64,000 nt of DNA from Candidatus Poribacteria bacterium (GTDB lineage: Bacteria; Poribacteria; WGA-4E; PCPOR2b): assembly GCA_965198175.1 (NCBI GenBank), contig OZ240245.1, positions 1,728,001 through 1,792,000 of the forward strand. Reading direction: 5' to 3'. This document shows positions 48,976-58,086 of the stretch, piece after piece. The position numbers and the translations under genes are program-made. Numbering within the stretch: position 1 is the first letter of the stretch; each line of letters begins with the position of its first letter. The notes below the pieces were generated by a model. It was given only the letters and a program-made list of their open reading frames with translations, had not been told where the DNA came from and did no database searches.

Positions 48976-49797
48976 TCAGGGGTTAATGACATATTGAAAG
49001 TAGTAATAGAGCGTTGGGGCGGAAAAGATCAAACTATCACAACGATCAAGAAAACCGCCATGCCCAGGGATTAGGGTACCTGAATCTTTGACTTCAGCGG
49101 TTCGTTTGATAATTGACTCACTTAAGTCGCTGATCTGGCTAACAATTCCCAGCAAAATTCCAAGACCCAATGCGTGAGCAAGGCTCAACATCTCTTTCAG
49201 CAAAAAGAACCAAATGCTAAGTCCACCGAGGGCGCCAATGCACAAACCTGCAATGGTGCCTTCAACCGTTTTTCTGGGACTAATTTGGGGTATCAATTTG
49301 TGTTTGCCCAACCATCTTCCCAAGATATAGGCGGCTGTGTCTCCGCACCAGATAACTACAAGGAGAAATAAAATCAACTCACTACCAACCGGCTTGCCTG
49401 TAGAATCGATTAATTTGCGCAATAACATCAGATGATACCCAAACATCCAGCCAATATAAACAGCGGCTGTCAAGATGCTCGTTACCGCAATGAATGCTCT
49501 GTTGACCTGACGATGGAAAATTTGGATGACAAAGGCTAAGAAAAGCGTAAAGGCGAGAACAAGCTCAACGGAAAGACGCTCGATTAGTGCAGATGCACAA
49601 AATAGGATTCCTGATGCAACAACCGCAATCCGAATCTGCTCCAATCCAATCGACTTGGATAATCGGCAGAACTCGACCAGCATGAGGAACGTTACGCCGA
49701 TTACCAGAGCGAAAAAAAGACGGGTTTCGCTCCACTGAACAGCGAAGATGACGATAGGGATGAGGACGATGCAACTGACTGCTCGCTTCCAGAACAT
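48976..49797 (-). CDS. cdsA: Phosphatidate cytidylyltransferase
   Basis: ISPRKTVEG, DL.ES.IKR...VKDSG.LIPGHGG.LDR.DS. Confidence 0.95.
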   Translation of the reverse strand: MFWKRAVSCIVLIPIVIFAVQWSETRLFFALVIGVTFLMLVEFCRLSKSIGLEQIRIAVVASGILFCASALIERLSVELVLAFTLFLAFVIQIFHRQVNRAFIAVTSILTAAVYIGWMFGYHLMLLRKLIDSTGKPVGSELILFLLVVIWCGDTAAYILGRWLGKHKLIPQISPRKTVEGTIAGLCIGALGGLSIWFFLLKEMLSLAHALGLGILLGIVSQISDLSESIIKRTAEVKDSGTLIPGHGGFLDRCDSLIFSAPTLYYYFQYVINP

Positions 49798-50044
49798 CGG
49801 CTACGGATGAATACAGCCATGGGGTAATTGGGTCATGAGGTCACAGAAAAATGAGTTGGCCGGAAAATGAACCCATGCGCACGTTCCGACTGACTTATCT
49901 TTGCAGTTTACATCTTACGTTTCAAACATCACTTTATCTGATTCCCACGTTGCACGCGAGAAGGTACTCCTCTACAGAATCGGATTCAGATTTTCATGAG
50001 GGTAGGTGGGCAACACACATCAAGATAGCTTTAACACAAGAGGT

Positions 50045-50632
50045 CTACAACTCCATAAGTTCCTCTTCTTTCGATTTCAGTAGCTGACTGATTTGATCGA
50101 TATACTTGTCCGTTATCTTTTGCACTGGATCATCGTCGCCCTTTCTCTTTTCCCCTCCTCTTTCTTTTCCTTTCCTTCCCTTCGATGAAGCATCTTCTGA
50201 TTTGTCGAGCTTCCGAATGGCGTCATTCGCATCACGCCGAATGTTCCTTATGGCGATGCGTCCCTCCTCAGCTAACTTGCTGACATATTTCGCCAGTTCC
50301 TTTCGCCGATCCGTTGTCAGATCAGGGACCTGGATACGGATAACGTTGCCGTCACTATTCGGATTTAATCCCAAATCCGATCGGGAAATCGCCTTTTCAA
50401 TCTCCTTACTAACTGTCTTATCCCAAGGTTGGATCATAATGACACGGGGTTCGGGGGTTGTAATTGTTGCAACCTGATTTATTGGGTTCTTCGTTCCGTA
50501 GTATTCGACATATACACCGTCCAATAACGAGGGGGAAGCTCGACCTGTCTGTACCCGTGCAAAATTATTTGCAGTGGACTCTACAGCTTTCTTCATCCGC
50601 ATTTCTGCATTACGAAAAATCGTTTCAGACAT
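50045..50632 (-). CDS. frr: Ribosome recycling factor
   Basis: TGRASPSLLD, QPWDK, LGLNP, IRNIRRDAN. Confidence 0.96.
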   Translation of the reverse strand: MSETIFRNAEMRMKKAVESTANNFARVQTGRASPSLLDGVYVEYYGTKNPINQVATITTPEPRVIMIQPWDKTVSKEIEKAISRSDLGLNPNSDGNVIRIQVPDLTTDRRKELAKYVSKLAEEGRIAIRNIRRDANDAIRKLDKSEDASSKGRKGKERGGEKRKGDDDPVQKITDKYIDQISQLLKSKEEELMEL

Positions 50633-50846
50633 TTGGAAACTCCTCTCTTAAGGATGTTTTTTCAACACGTTAACTAAGAAGGCTGGTATACCTTTCGCCC
50701 AAATCATAAAATTTATATTACTCGCACCACTGGTTACCAACACGCTTCGGATATGACCTTAAGACGATGCGGCGATACACCGTCCCGAACTCATCGGATT
50801 GATTGTAAGAATACCCGCGTTAAGGCGTCATAATCGCCCGCTGTGT

Positions 50847-51449
50847 TTATTCGCTTTGCGCTAACACATAAAGTGTAAAACGCCCTACAACAATATTCTC
50901 CCCAAGCTGTGCAACCCCTTCTTGGACAAGTTTATTGACAGTTGTATCGGTGTCCCGAATGTAAGGCTGTTCTAGCAAGCAAACTTCAGAATAGAACTTC
51001 GAGATTCGCCCTTCAACAATTTTGTCAGCGATATGTTCCGGCTTTCCCTCTTCCAGAGCTTGTTTTCTCAGGATTATTTTCTCGGATTCCAAGGCGCTTT
51101 CTGGGACATCCGCTTTGCTGATGTACTTCGGCTTTGATGCTGCGACCTGCATAGCAATGTCCTTTGCCAGCTTCTGAAATTGTTCTGTTCGAGCCACGAA
51201 ATCTGTTTCACAGTTCAATTCAACAAGTGAGCCGATTCTGTTACCGGGGTGAATATATGAGACGATAAGTCCTTCAGAAGCAGTGCGCGCACTTTTTAGT
51301 TCGATCGCTTTCAGCCCTTTTTCCCGCAGGTATTGAATTGCAGTTTCCAGGTCGCCGTTAGATTCCATCAGGGCTTTCTTACAATCCATGATCCCCGCGC
51401 TTGTGCGGGCACGCAACTGACTGACCATTTTTGCGGTAATAATATCCAT
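50847..51449 (-). CDS. tsf: Elongation factor Ts (short form)
   Basis: [23 protein letters not shown]; start ATG 51449 after GGAGG. Confidence 0.96.
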   Translation of the reverse strand: MDIITAKMVSQLRARTSAGIMDCKKALMESNGDLETAIQYLREKGLKAIELKSARTASEGLIVSYIHPGNRIGSLVELNCETDFVARTEQFQKLAKDIAMQVAASKPKYISKADVPESALESEKIILRKQALEEGKPEHIADKIVEGRISKFYSEVCLLEQPYIRDTDTTVNKLVQEGVAQLGENIVVGRFTLYVLAQSE

Positions 51450-51577
51450 TAATTTGTTAACCTCCGTTCTGTATTGACAGAAGACAGTACCAAGCCTTGA
51501 ATCAGCTTGCTTGTCCACCTGTGGTGCTTTCGCGAGATTATTTTCTCCAACGGGTGCGTAACGAGAGAGAAAAATCA

Positions 51578-52366
51578 TTAATCTCCGGCAGGTTCCGGCG
51601 CTTCTTCGTGAGCTTCCTCATCGGTTTTTGGCTTGGGTGCCCCGCCTTCCGGCTGTGACATTTCCAGGTCATCCGCACCCTGCAAAGCACTCGCTCGCCC
51701 TTCGATAATCGCGCTTGCGAGGACAGAACAGATTAGCTTAATCGCGCGAATGGCGTCGTCATTCCCAGGTATTGGCAAATCAACAGGGTCTGGATCCCAG
51801 TTGGTATCAACAATCGCAATTACCGGAACTCCAAGCTTATTCGCCTCCCGAACGGCTGTCTGTTCCTTGCGGACATCGGTAACAATAATGGCTTCGGGAA
51901 GACGTCCCATAGTCTTAATTCCGGCTAAGTTATTGTTCAATTTAGTCTGCTCACGTCTTAACTGCATGGCTTCCTTTTTCGGAAGTCTCTCAAAGAGTCC
52001 GCTCTCCTCGTCAGTTTCCAGTTTTTTCAACCGATCGCTACTGCGTCTGATAGTTTCAAAATTCGTCAACATGCCCCCTAACCAGCGATGGTTGACATAG
52101 AACATTTGACATCTCGTCGCTTCTTCCACTACTGTTTCCTGAGATTGTTTTTTAGTGCCAACAAAAAGCACTGCACCACCGCGCGCAGCAACTTCTTGCA
52201 GGAATTCACACGCCTTTTGAAGCAATGCCAAGGTTTTCTGGAGATCGATGATGTAAATCCCATTACGCTCGGCAAAAATGTATTTTGCCATTTTGGGATT
52301 CCAGCGTCGTGTCTGATGGCCAAAATGAACTCCTGCTTCCAGAAGTTCTTTCATCGTAATTGTCAA
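51578..52366 (-). CDS. rpsB: 30S ribosomal protein S2
   Basis: [41 protein letters not shown] start after AAGGAGG. Confidence 0.98.
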   Translation of the reverse strand: MTITMKELLEAGVHFGHQTRRWNPKMAKYIFAERNGIYIIDLQKTLALLQKACEFLQEVAARGGAVLFVGTKKQSQETVVEEATRCQMFYVNHRWLGGMLTNFETIRRSSDRLKKLETDEESGLFERLPKKEAMQLRREQTKLNNNLAGIKTMGRLPEAIIVTDVRKEQTAVREANKLGVPVIAIVDTNWDPDPVDLPIPGNDDAIRAIKLICSVLASAIIEGRASALQGADDLEMSQPEGGAPKPKTDEEAHEEAPEPAGD

Positions 52367-52491
52367 AAAATCCTCCTTAATGTCTGGGTTTTTCTTACAC
52401 TTCCCTCGTATTCACGTCCAACTCCCAAAAAAGAGCACCCATGGTGAAATTAGGAAGCATGTTTTTTTGTTCAAGACCGCACGAAAACTAA

Positions 52492-52521
52492 AATATAACA
52501 TATTTCTTGAAAATGTGTCAA
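52492..52521 (-). promoter_or_regulatory. Sigma70-type promoter for rpsB operon
   Basis: Minus strand TTGACA-18 bp-TATATT with extended TG. Confidence 0.55.
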
Positions 52522-52652
52522 GCATAGAAAACATACGAACACGGCAACTTTGTTAAACGTCAAGAAAAATTATCGCGCATCAAAATTGGATATCTTATCG
52601 CTTCAACCTTTTGTTACAGCGGATCGCCGCGAATCCGGCGAAAGGCAAGTTT

Positions 52653-53411
52653 TTAGTGCATCTCATATACCTCGGCTTTGGTCCTCCCGCGCCGAAACGA
52701 AAAGAGTTTTTGCATCTCCGGCGGCATACGTTCGTATGTCTCAGGCCACATTGGTTCAATGTGGGTATTGGCGTAATGATTGAACCATCGGGCGTGATAC
52801 GCGATATTCAGCCCAACACGGATCTGATCTCCGGTGTTGGGTGTAGCAGTATGGAGTGTGCCGCCGTGCCACAGAAGAACCGAACCCGGTTGACCGGTAG
52901 CAACTTTGACTAGCGGACTCTCAAAGGGGATTTCCGTCGGCTGAAACTTGAAACGACATTTGTGGCTCATCGGTACAACCGCGGTGGCACCATTGTTCTC
53001 CGTGAATTCGGTGAGCATCCACATGGTGTTAATTAGCCACGGAACGTTGGGTACCTTGTGAAAGAAATTGGCTTCATCAACGTGCAGACCATATCCGAGC
53101 GACCCAGGCCATATCGGCTTCGCACATACCTCGGTGACCCGGCAATCCGAACCGAGGAAGTGGTGTGCGACTGCAAGCACGTCCGGATGGGTCATAAATT
53201 GCCAGACCCGATCGTCCAAGTTGTACATACCCGATATCGTTGTGCTCTCATGAGGGGGGCCAGAGTTGTAGGCTTGGTATTGCGGGTCGTCCTGCATCTC
53301 CAGACAACATTCGGCAATCTCAGCCACAAGATCTACGGGCATTCGATCCGCGAGTATACAATAGCCATAGGTATCCAAGTGGTGAATTGCCGATTCGATT
53401 TCATTTGTCAT
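52653..53411 (-). CDS. Phytanoyl-CoA dioxygenase (PhyH) family 2OG-Fe(II) oxygenase
   Basis: LHVD, W.LTEFT..NGAT.VVP.SH, GSVLLW.G...H....N....R. Confidence 0.9.
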   Translation of the reverse strand: MTNEIESAIHHLDTYGYCILADRMPVDLVAEIAECCLEMQDDPQYQAYNSGPPHESTTISGMYNLDDRVWQFMTHPDVLAVAHHFLGSDCRVTEVCAKPIWPGSLGYGLHVDEANFFHKVPNVPWLINTMWMLTEFTENNGATAVVPMSHKCRFKFQPTEIPFESPLVKVATGQPGSVLLWHGGTLHTATPNTGDQIRVGLNIAYHARWFNHYANTHIEPMWPETYERMPPEMQKLFSFRRGRTKAEVYEMH

Positions 53412-53485
53412 CGTAAGTACTCTCTATCATCTATTCTTCGATCTGCTTGCTGATCAAGACGTGGCGTCCGCTTCCTCACTTTCCC

Positions 53486-53514
53486 TTGACGATTTCAGGG
53501 ACGGGTCGTATAAT
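53486..53514 (+). promoter_or_regulatory. Sigma70-type promoter for FRG-TPR gene
   Basis: TTGACG-17 bp-TATAAT. Confidence 0.65.
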
Positions 53515-53627
53515 TTGCTCCACGATGTGACTTAAATTTTATCAGATCTTGGAAGCCGATTCAATCGAAAAATTCTCAGTAAGAATTTTAGGCGAGTGTT
53601 CTTTCTCGATATACAGGAACACAGAAC

Positions 53628-55019
53628 ATGACTGACGCACAAATCAAAAAGAGAGAAATCGAATCCGCTTTGGCGAAAATTCGCACCGGCGACTACATTT
53701 ACCGTGGCGAACCTGAACATTGTGAAGAAAAACCATATTTCGGAAAAGTCTCCTCGACGCTCTACCGCGGTGGTCCGGAAGCATTCGATTCAGGACGATT
53801 CAATCTAATGCGTACCCAAGAAGAAACCGTGAGAGAGGCCAGAAATTACATCCACAAATACGAAAAAATTGACTTTGAAATCTTAACTGAACTTCAACAT
53901 TTCGGAAAGAAAACCAACCTGATAGATTTTACCACGGACTACCACATAGCCCTCTTTTTTGCCTGCGATTGCTCACATGACAAAGGTGCCAGGGTTATCT
54001 TGCTAAAAAAAACCGAAGAGATAAACGAGAAATACCAAATCGAAAACCCAGAAAGTCCACAAAACCGCGTGATGGCTCAGAAGAGTATTTTTGCTCAACC
54101 GCCCAACGGCTTCATTGATTCCAGGGATATAACCATTATTTCTGTTCCCGCGAACTTTAAACAGTGGATACTAATCCATCTGCGGAAATTTCAAGACATA
54201 TCTACCCAAAGTATATACAACGACCTACACGGATTTATTAGACATAGCAATTTGCGTTCGTCAGAGAAAGCCCTTTTCCCTATTGTTTTTGCAGATATGA
54301 TAGTTAAAGATATGGCGGATGCAAGTCTTGAAGAACGAAACGATCAGTTTCAAAAGGCAATTGACTATTATACTGAAAGAATTCAATATGCTCCGTATGA
54401 CGCCGCAAACTATGTGAAACAGGGTCAGTGGTATGCCGAGATTGCCGAGATTGATCGCGCCATTGAGACTTTTAGCAAAGCCATATTCCTGAAACCCGAT
54501 TATGCCATTGCCTATAACAATCGCGGCGAGGCTTATCGCAAAAAAGATGATTATGACCGTGCAATCGAAGACTTTAACGAGGCAATAAAACTGAAACCCG
54601 ATTATGCCTACGCCTATTACAAACGCGGTTGGGCTTACGGCAACAAAGGTGAGAACGACTCTGCTATCAAAGACTTTACCAAACTAATAGAACTAAATCG
54701 GTGTAATCCTGAACCCTATTTTTATGGCTGCATGGTTTACCATTCCAAAGGGGAGTATGACCTCGCCATCGAAGACTACACCAAAACGATAGAACTCAAA
54801 CCCGATTTTGTTGATGCTTATCACACTCGCGGTTTGGTGTGGTTGCCCTTGGGAAAATGGGAAAGAGCCAAAACAGACCTGACGATTACCAAGGAGAAGG
54901 GAATAGATATTATCGCTTTATATCGGAACTTTTATCCAAGCGTTGAGAACTTCGAGCAGAAACATGGTATTCAACTACCGGCAGACATCGCCGCAATGTT
55001 GACGCCCCTACAGGCATGA
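53628..55019 (+). CDS. FRG domain-TPR fusion protein
   Basis: YIYRGE, LQHFG.KT.LIDFT....ALFFAC, R..AQ.S.F; C-terminal 34-aa TPRs (LKPDYA.AY.NRG). Confidence 0.88.
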   Translation: MTDAQIKKREIESALAKIRTGDYIYRGEPEHCEEKPYFGKVSSTLYRGGPEAFDSGRFNLMRTQEETVREARNYIHKYEKIDFEILTELQHFGKKTNLIDFTTDYHIALFFACDCSHDKGARVILLKKTEEINEKYQIENPESPQNRVMAQKSIFAQPPNGFIDSRDITIISVPANFKQWILIHLRKFQDISTQSIYNDLHGFIRHSNLRSSEKALFPIVFADMIVKDMADASLEERNDQFQKAIDYYTERIQYAPYDAANYVKQGQWYAEIAEIDRAIETFSKAIFLKPDYAIAYNNRGEAYRKKDDYDRAIEDFNEAIKLKPDYAYAYYKRGWAYGNKGENDSAIKDFTKLIELNRCNPEPYFYGCMVYHSKGEYDLAIEDYTKTIELKPDFVDAYHTRGLVWLPLGKWERAKTDLTITKEKGIDIIALYRNFYPSVENFEQKHGIQLPADIAAMLTPLQA

Positions 55020-55116
55020 ATGTTGACAAACTGACATGTCCGCTTGACGATGAGAACCGGACGGACATCAAGGCGCCGTTGTAAGTGAATACGGTGTTGT
55101 GATTGGAGAGTGAAAG

Positions 55117-55686
55117 ATGGCATGGATTCGCACCGTAGATGAGGCAGATGCGACTGGTATCGTAAAAGAGGAATACGACGCGGCAATTGCGCGAGCGGGA
55201 CAAGTTTACAATGTCGTCAAACTTTTCAGTGCGCGACCGAAAAGTATGCGCGCTTTTATTGAACTCTACAAAGTCGTGATGCACGACGAAGAGTCCCCAC
55301 TTAGTCGGATGCAACGCGAAATGATTGCCACCGTTGTATCGAAAGTGAACGAATGCCACTACTGAGTGATAGCGCACGCGGACGAGTTGCGGGAACAACT
55401 CACAGACAGACAGATTGCCCAGATCGTGTCGGATTTTCAGACAGCTGATATTGACGAAGCCACAAAAGCAATCCTTGAATTTGCCGTTAAGGTAACAAAA
55501 GCAGCACCTACTGTTACACCAGCAGACTTAGAGCACCTCCGCGGTTATGGACTTACCGACGAGGTACTCTTCGCGATTGTGGAGGTCGTCGGTTTTTTCA
55601 ACTATGTCAATCGGATAGCGGACGCGTTCGGAATTAAATTAGACGATTTTCTGGAAGTGAGAGATTTTAATGAACCTAACGAATAA
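55117..55686 (+). CDS. AhpD/CMD-like peroxidase-related enzyme, probable selenoprotein (in-frame TGA at 55363-55365)
   Basis: Two abutting in-frame ORFs join into 189 codons: REMIATVVSKVNECHY-TGA-VIAH...FNYVNRIADAFG; hairpin downstream of TGA. Confidence 0.8.
55384..55401 (+). promoter_or_regulatory. Candidate bacterial SECIS hairpin
   Basis: GAGTTG-CGGGAA-CAACTC, with 24 nt between UGA and the loop. Confidence 0.55.
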
Positions 55687-55779
55687 AATTGCGGTTGTGA
55701 CAGGACAGGGCAAGGTATCGGTAAAGCGATTGCGATCAGACTTGCGAATGCAGGTGCAAAAGAAATTGTCGCAATGTGA
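55670..55779 (+). pseudogene. Truncated, frameshifted SDR N-terminus
   Basis: MNLTNKIAVVTG, then after a 1-nt shift GQGIGKAIAIRLANAGAKEIVAM-stop. Confidence 0.7.
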
Positions 55780-55849
55780 GTGCGATTTCCGTTTTTACGA
55801 AACGAACCCAAACCAATCTGTGATAAGATAAGAAAGGATGCCTGCAAAA

Positions 55850-55892
55850 AATCCTGATAATCCTAAAATCCAGTGAATTCCGATCCAGACAA
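55850..55892. repeat. Short AATCC-periodic repeat motif
   Basis: AATCCTGAT AATCCTAA AATCCAGTG AATTCCGAT CCAGACAA. Confidence 0.5.
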
Positions 55893-55926
55893 CGCATATC
55901 GGGGCATAAAATGGAAAAATCAGCGC

Positions 55927-56703
55927 ATGAACGGGCAAATTGAAATATGTAGCTTAGCAGACTACATCATCCAAATTGACACGAAAACTTGCCCCGAAAA
56001 GAGTTATCTCTATCGAGGGCAGGAAAATGAAGACTGGCAAGTGAACAGCAGCGCATATCGTCGCTTAAAAGAACAATATGATGGTCCCTCTGATGTGTTA
56101 CGTCGTCTGTGGCGGGTCTATCTTTAACAAAGCATCAATGAGATTCAACTAAGGTATCCATCTACATACAGGGGCCTGTTCCCGTTAGAGTGTATGGCAC
56201 GTCTGCAACATAACAGAGTGGCGACAGGACTGATTGATTTTACATACAGTCCCTTGGTCGCCCTTTGGGTTGCCTGCACCAATAAGGACAATAAGGATAA
56301 AAGAGGCAAAGTGTTTCTGTTAGAAAATGTAAGTGAGAAAATTAAAGAAATAAACACATTTGAAGCGCTGCAGCAAGATCTAGAGACGTATTTCGGAGAG
56401 GATCGAGAGCAGTGGTATCTTTGGTCGCCTACATTGAACAGTCGAACGGTGGACACTGAACGCATGACCATGCAGCAATCCGTATTCCTATTTGGCTTAC
56501 CCGAAATGGATGGAGAGATGGTTGCTCAAGAAATCGTCATTCCCGCTGAACACAAAGAAAATCTGAGATTGGAATTGGCAAAAATGGGAATCTCGGAAGA
56601 AACGCTATTTTCCGATCTGCTCGGTTTCTTTGAGAGAAACACTCAAGAACAACCTTATGACCTAGGACTTGTCACATTCAACGATGGAGAAACCCTGCCG
56701 TGA
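55927..56703 (+). pseudogene. FRG domain protein interrupted by in-frame TAA (56125-56127)
   Basis: YLYRGQ half and LQH...TGLIDFT..PLVALWVAC half are in the same frame, separated only by one TAA. Confidence 0.75.
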
Positions 56704-57920
56704 AAAATAGCTCAACAGCCGAAGATAAGCGCTACTACAACTATTTTCAACGGGGCAATGTTAAATTGGTCACAAAGGAATACGATGGAGCCATTGAAGA
56801 CTACGACAAGGCGATTGAACTTAAACCGGACTACGCGCCCATCTACAACTTTCGCGGCTACGCTTACCGGGAAAAGGGTGAGCACGACTGTGCCATCGCA
56901 GACTTGAACAGAGCGATACAACTCAAAAACCATTATGTCGACGCCTATATCAATCGTGGGGTTGCTTACGGGGTTAAAGGCGAGTTTGACCTTGCCATCG
57001 CAGATATGAACACAGCCATACAACTCAAACCAAACCTCGCCTCAGCCTATTACAATCGTGGAGAGGCTTACTATAAAAAAAGCGAAATTGACCGCGCAAT
57101 CGAAGACTGTACCAAAGCAATACAACTCAAAAACGATTATGCCGATCCGTATAACAATCGTGGTAATGCTTACCGAGATAAAGGTAAGGTTGACCGCGCC
57201 ATAGTGGACTATAACAAAGCCATAGAACTCAAACCAAACCTTGCCGCATCCTATAATAATCGGGGTTTTGCTTACGGGGGTAAAGGCGAGTTTGACCTTG
57301 CCATCGGAGACTATACCAAAGCCATAGAACTCAAAGACGATTATGCAGGTGCCTATAACAATCGTGGCATTTCCCACTACAACATAGCTAATTTTGACCG
57401 GGCTATTGAAGACTGTGACAAAGCGATTCAACTCAAACCGAATCTTGCCGAAGCTTACATCAATCGGGGGGTAGGTTACGGCAAAAAGGATGAGTATAAC
57501 CGTGCCATTGAAGACTATGACACGGCAATAAGACTCAAGCCCACGCTTGCTGAAACCTACAACAATCGGGGGATAGCTTTCTACAAACAAGGCGATTATA
57601 CTTGTGCCATCAATGACTATAACAAGGCAATAAGACTCAAACGTGATTACGCTGAGGCCTATTACAATCGCGGTGAGACGTGGTTACCCTTAGAGGAATG
57701 GGAAAGTGCTAAATTAGACCTGACTGTTGCCAAGGCGATGGGGGTAAATATCATCGATGCATTTCGCAACGACTATGCAAGCGTTTCGGACTTCGAGGAG
57801 AAACATTGTGTGAAGCTGCCGGAAGACATCGCCGCAATGCTGAACCCTAGTGAGCATGAATGTGAGGAACTGACAAATCCTCGCCCGCATCAACCGAGAC
57901 GCGGACATTATCAGCCTTGA
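56700..57920 (+). CDS. TPR repeat protein (about ten 34-aa repeats)
   Basis: Repeated AI.DY.KAI.LK...A..Y.NRG; C-terminus homologous to 53628..55019. Confidence 0.9.
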   Translation: MKNSSTAEDKRYYNYFQRGNVKLVTKEYDGAIEDYDKAIELKPDYAPIYNFRGYAYREKGEHDCAIADLNRAIQLKNHYVDAYINRGVAYGVKGEFDLAIADMNTAIQLKPNLASAYYNRGEAYYKKSEIDRAIEDCTKAIQLKNDYADPYNNRGNAYRDKGKVDRAIVDYNKAIELKPNLAASYNNRGFAYGGKGEFDLAIGDYTKAIELKDDYAGAYNNRGISHYNIANFDRAIEDCDKAIQLKPNLAEAYINRGVGYGKKDEYNRAIEDYDTAIRLKPTLAETYNNRGIAFYKQGDYTCAINDYNKAIRLKRDYAEAYYNRGETWLPLEEWESAKLDLTVAKAMGVNIIDAFRNDYASVSDFEEKHCVKLPEDIAAMLNPSEHECEELTNPRPHQPRRGHYQP

Positions 57921-58086
57921 AAATGGGATTGAAGATCTGGTATACTTGTTATGGTGACTTACTCCGATGGGGATCGCCATCGCGGAGGAATAAAGGCGAT
58001 TAACCAAATTGGAGAAGCTGCCTCAATGGAAGCATTTGAATTTGGGAAAATGATTGTAGGTTGACAATCAGAGAGAAGGATCGTTA

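Noticed and set aside
51450..51578. N-terminal extension of EF-Ts in the ORF track (similar extensions on recO, dprA, cupin, hemW)
   Set aside because: Homology starts at downstream ATGs, usually better placed relative to an RBS; longest-ORF artefacts
56125..56127. Recoded stop in the FRG gene analogous to the Sec codon
   Set aside because: It is TAA, not at a catalytic Cys, and no SECIS-like hairpin is evident; nonsense mutation or error is more likely
56700..57920. CRISPR array or DGR template/variable repeat suggested by periodic repeats
   Set aside because: Period is 102 bp coding TPR units, there are no unique spacers, differences are not adenine-specific and no reverse transcriptase is present
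57921..58086. T-box leader before alaS
   Set aside because: No GGTGGNACCGCG T-box motif or terminator; only small hairpins
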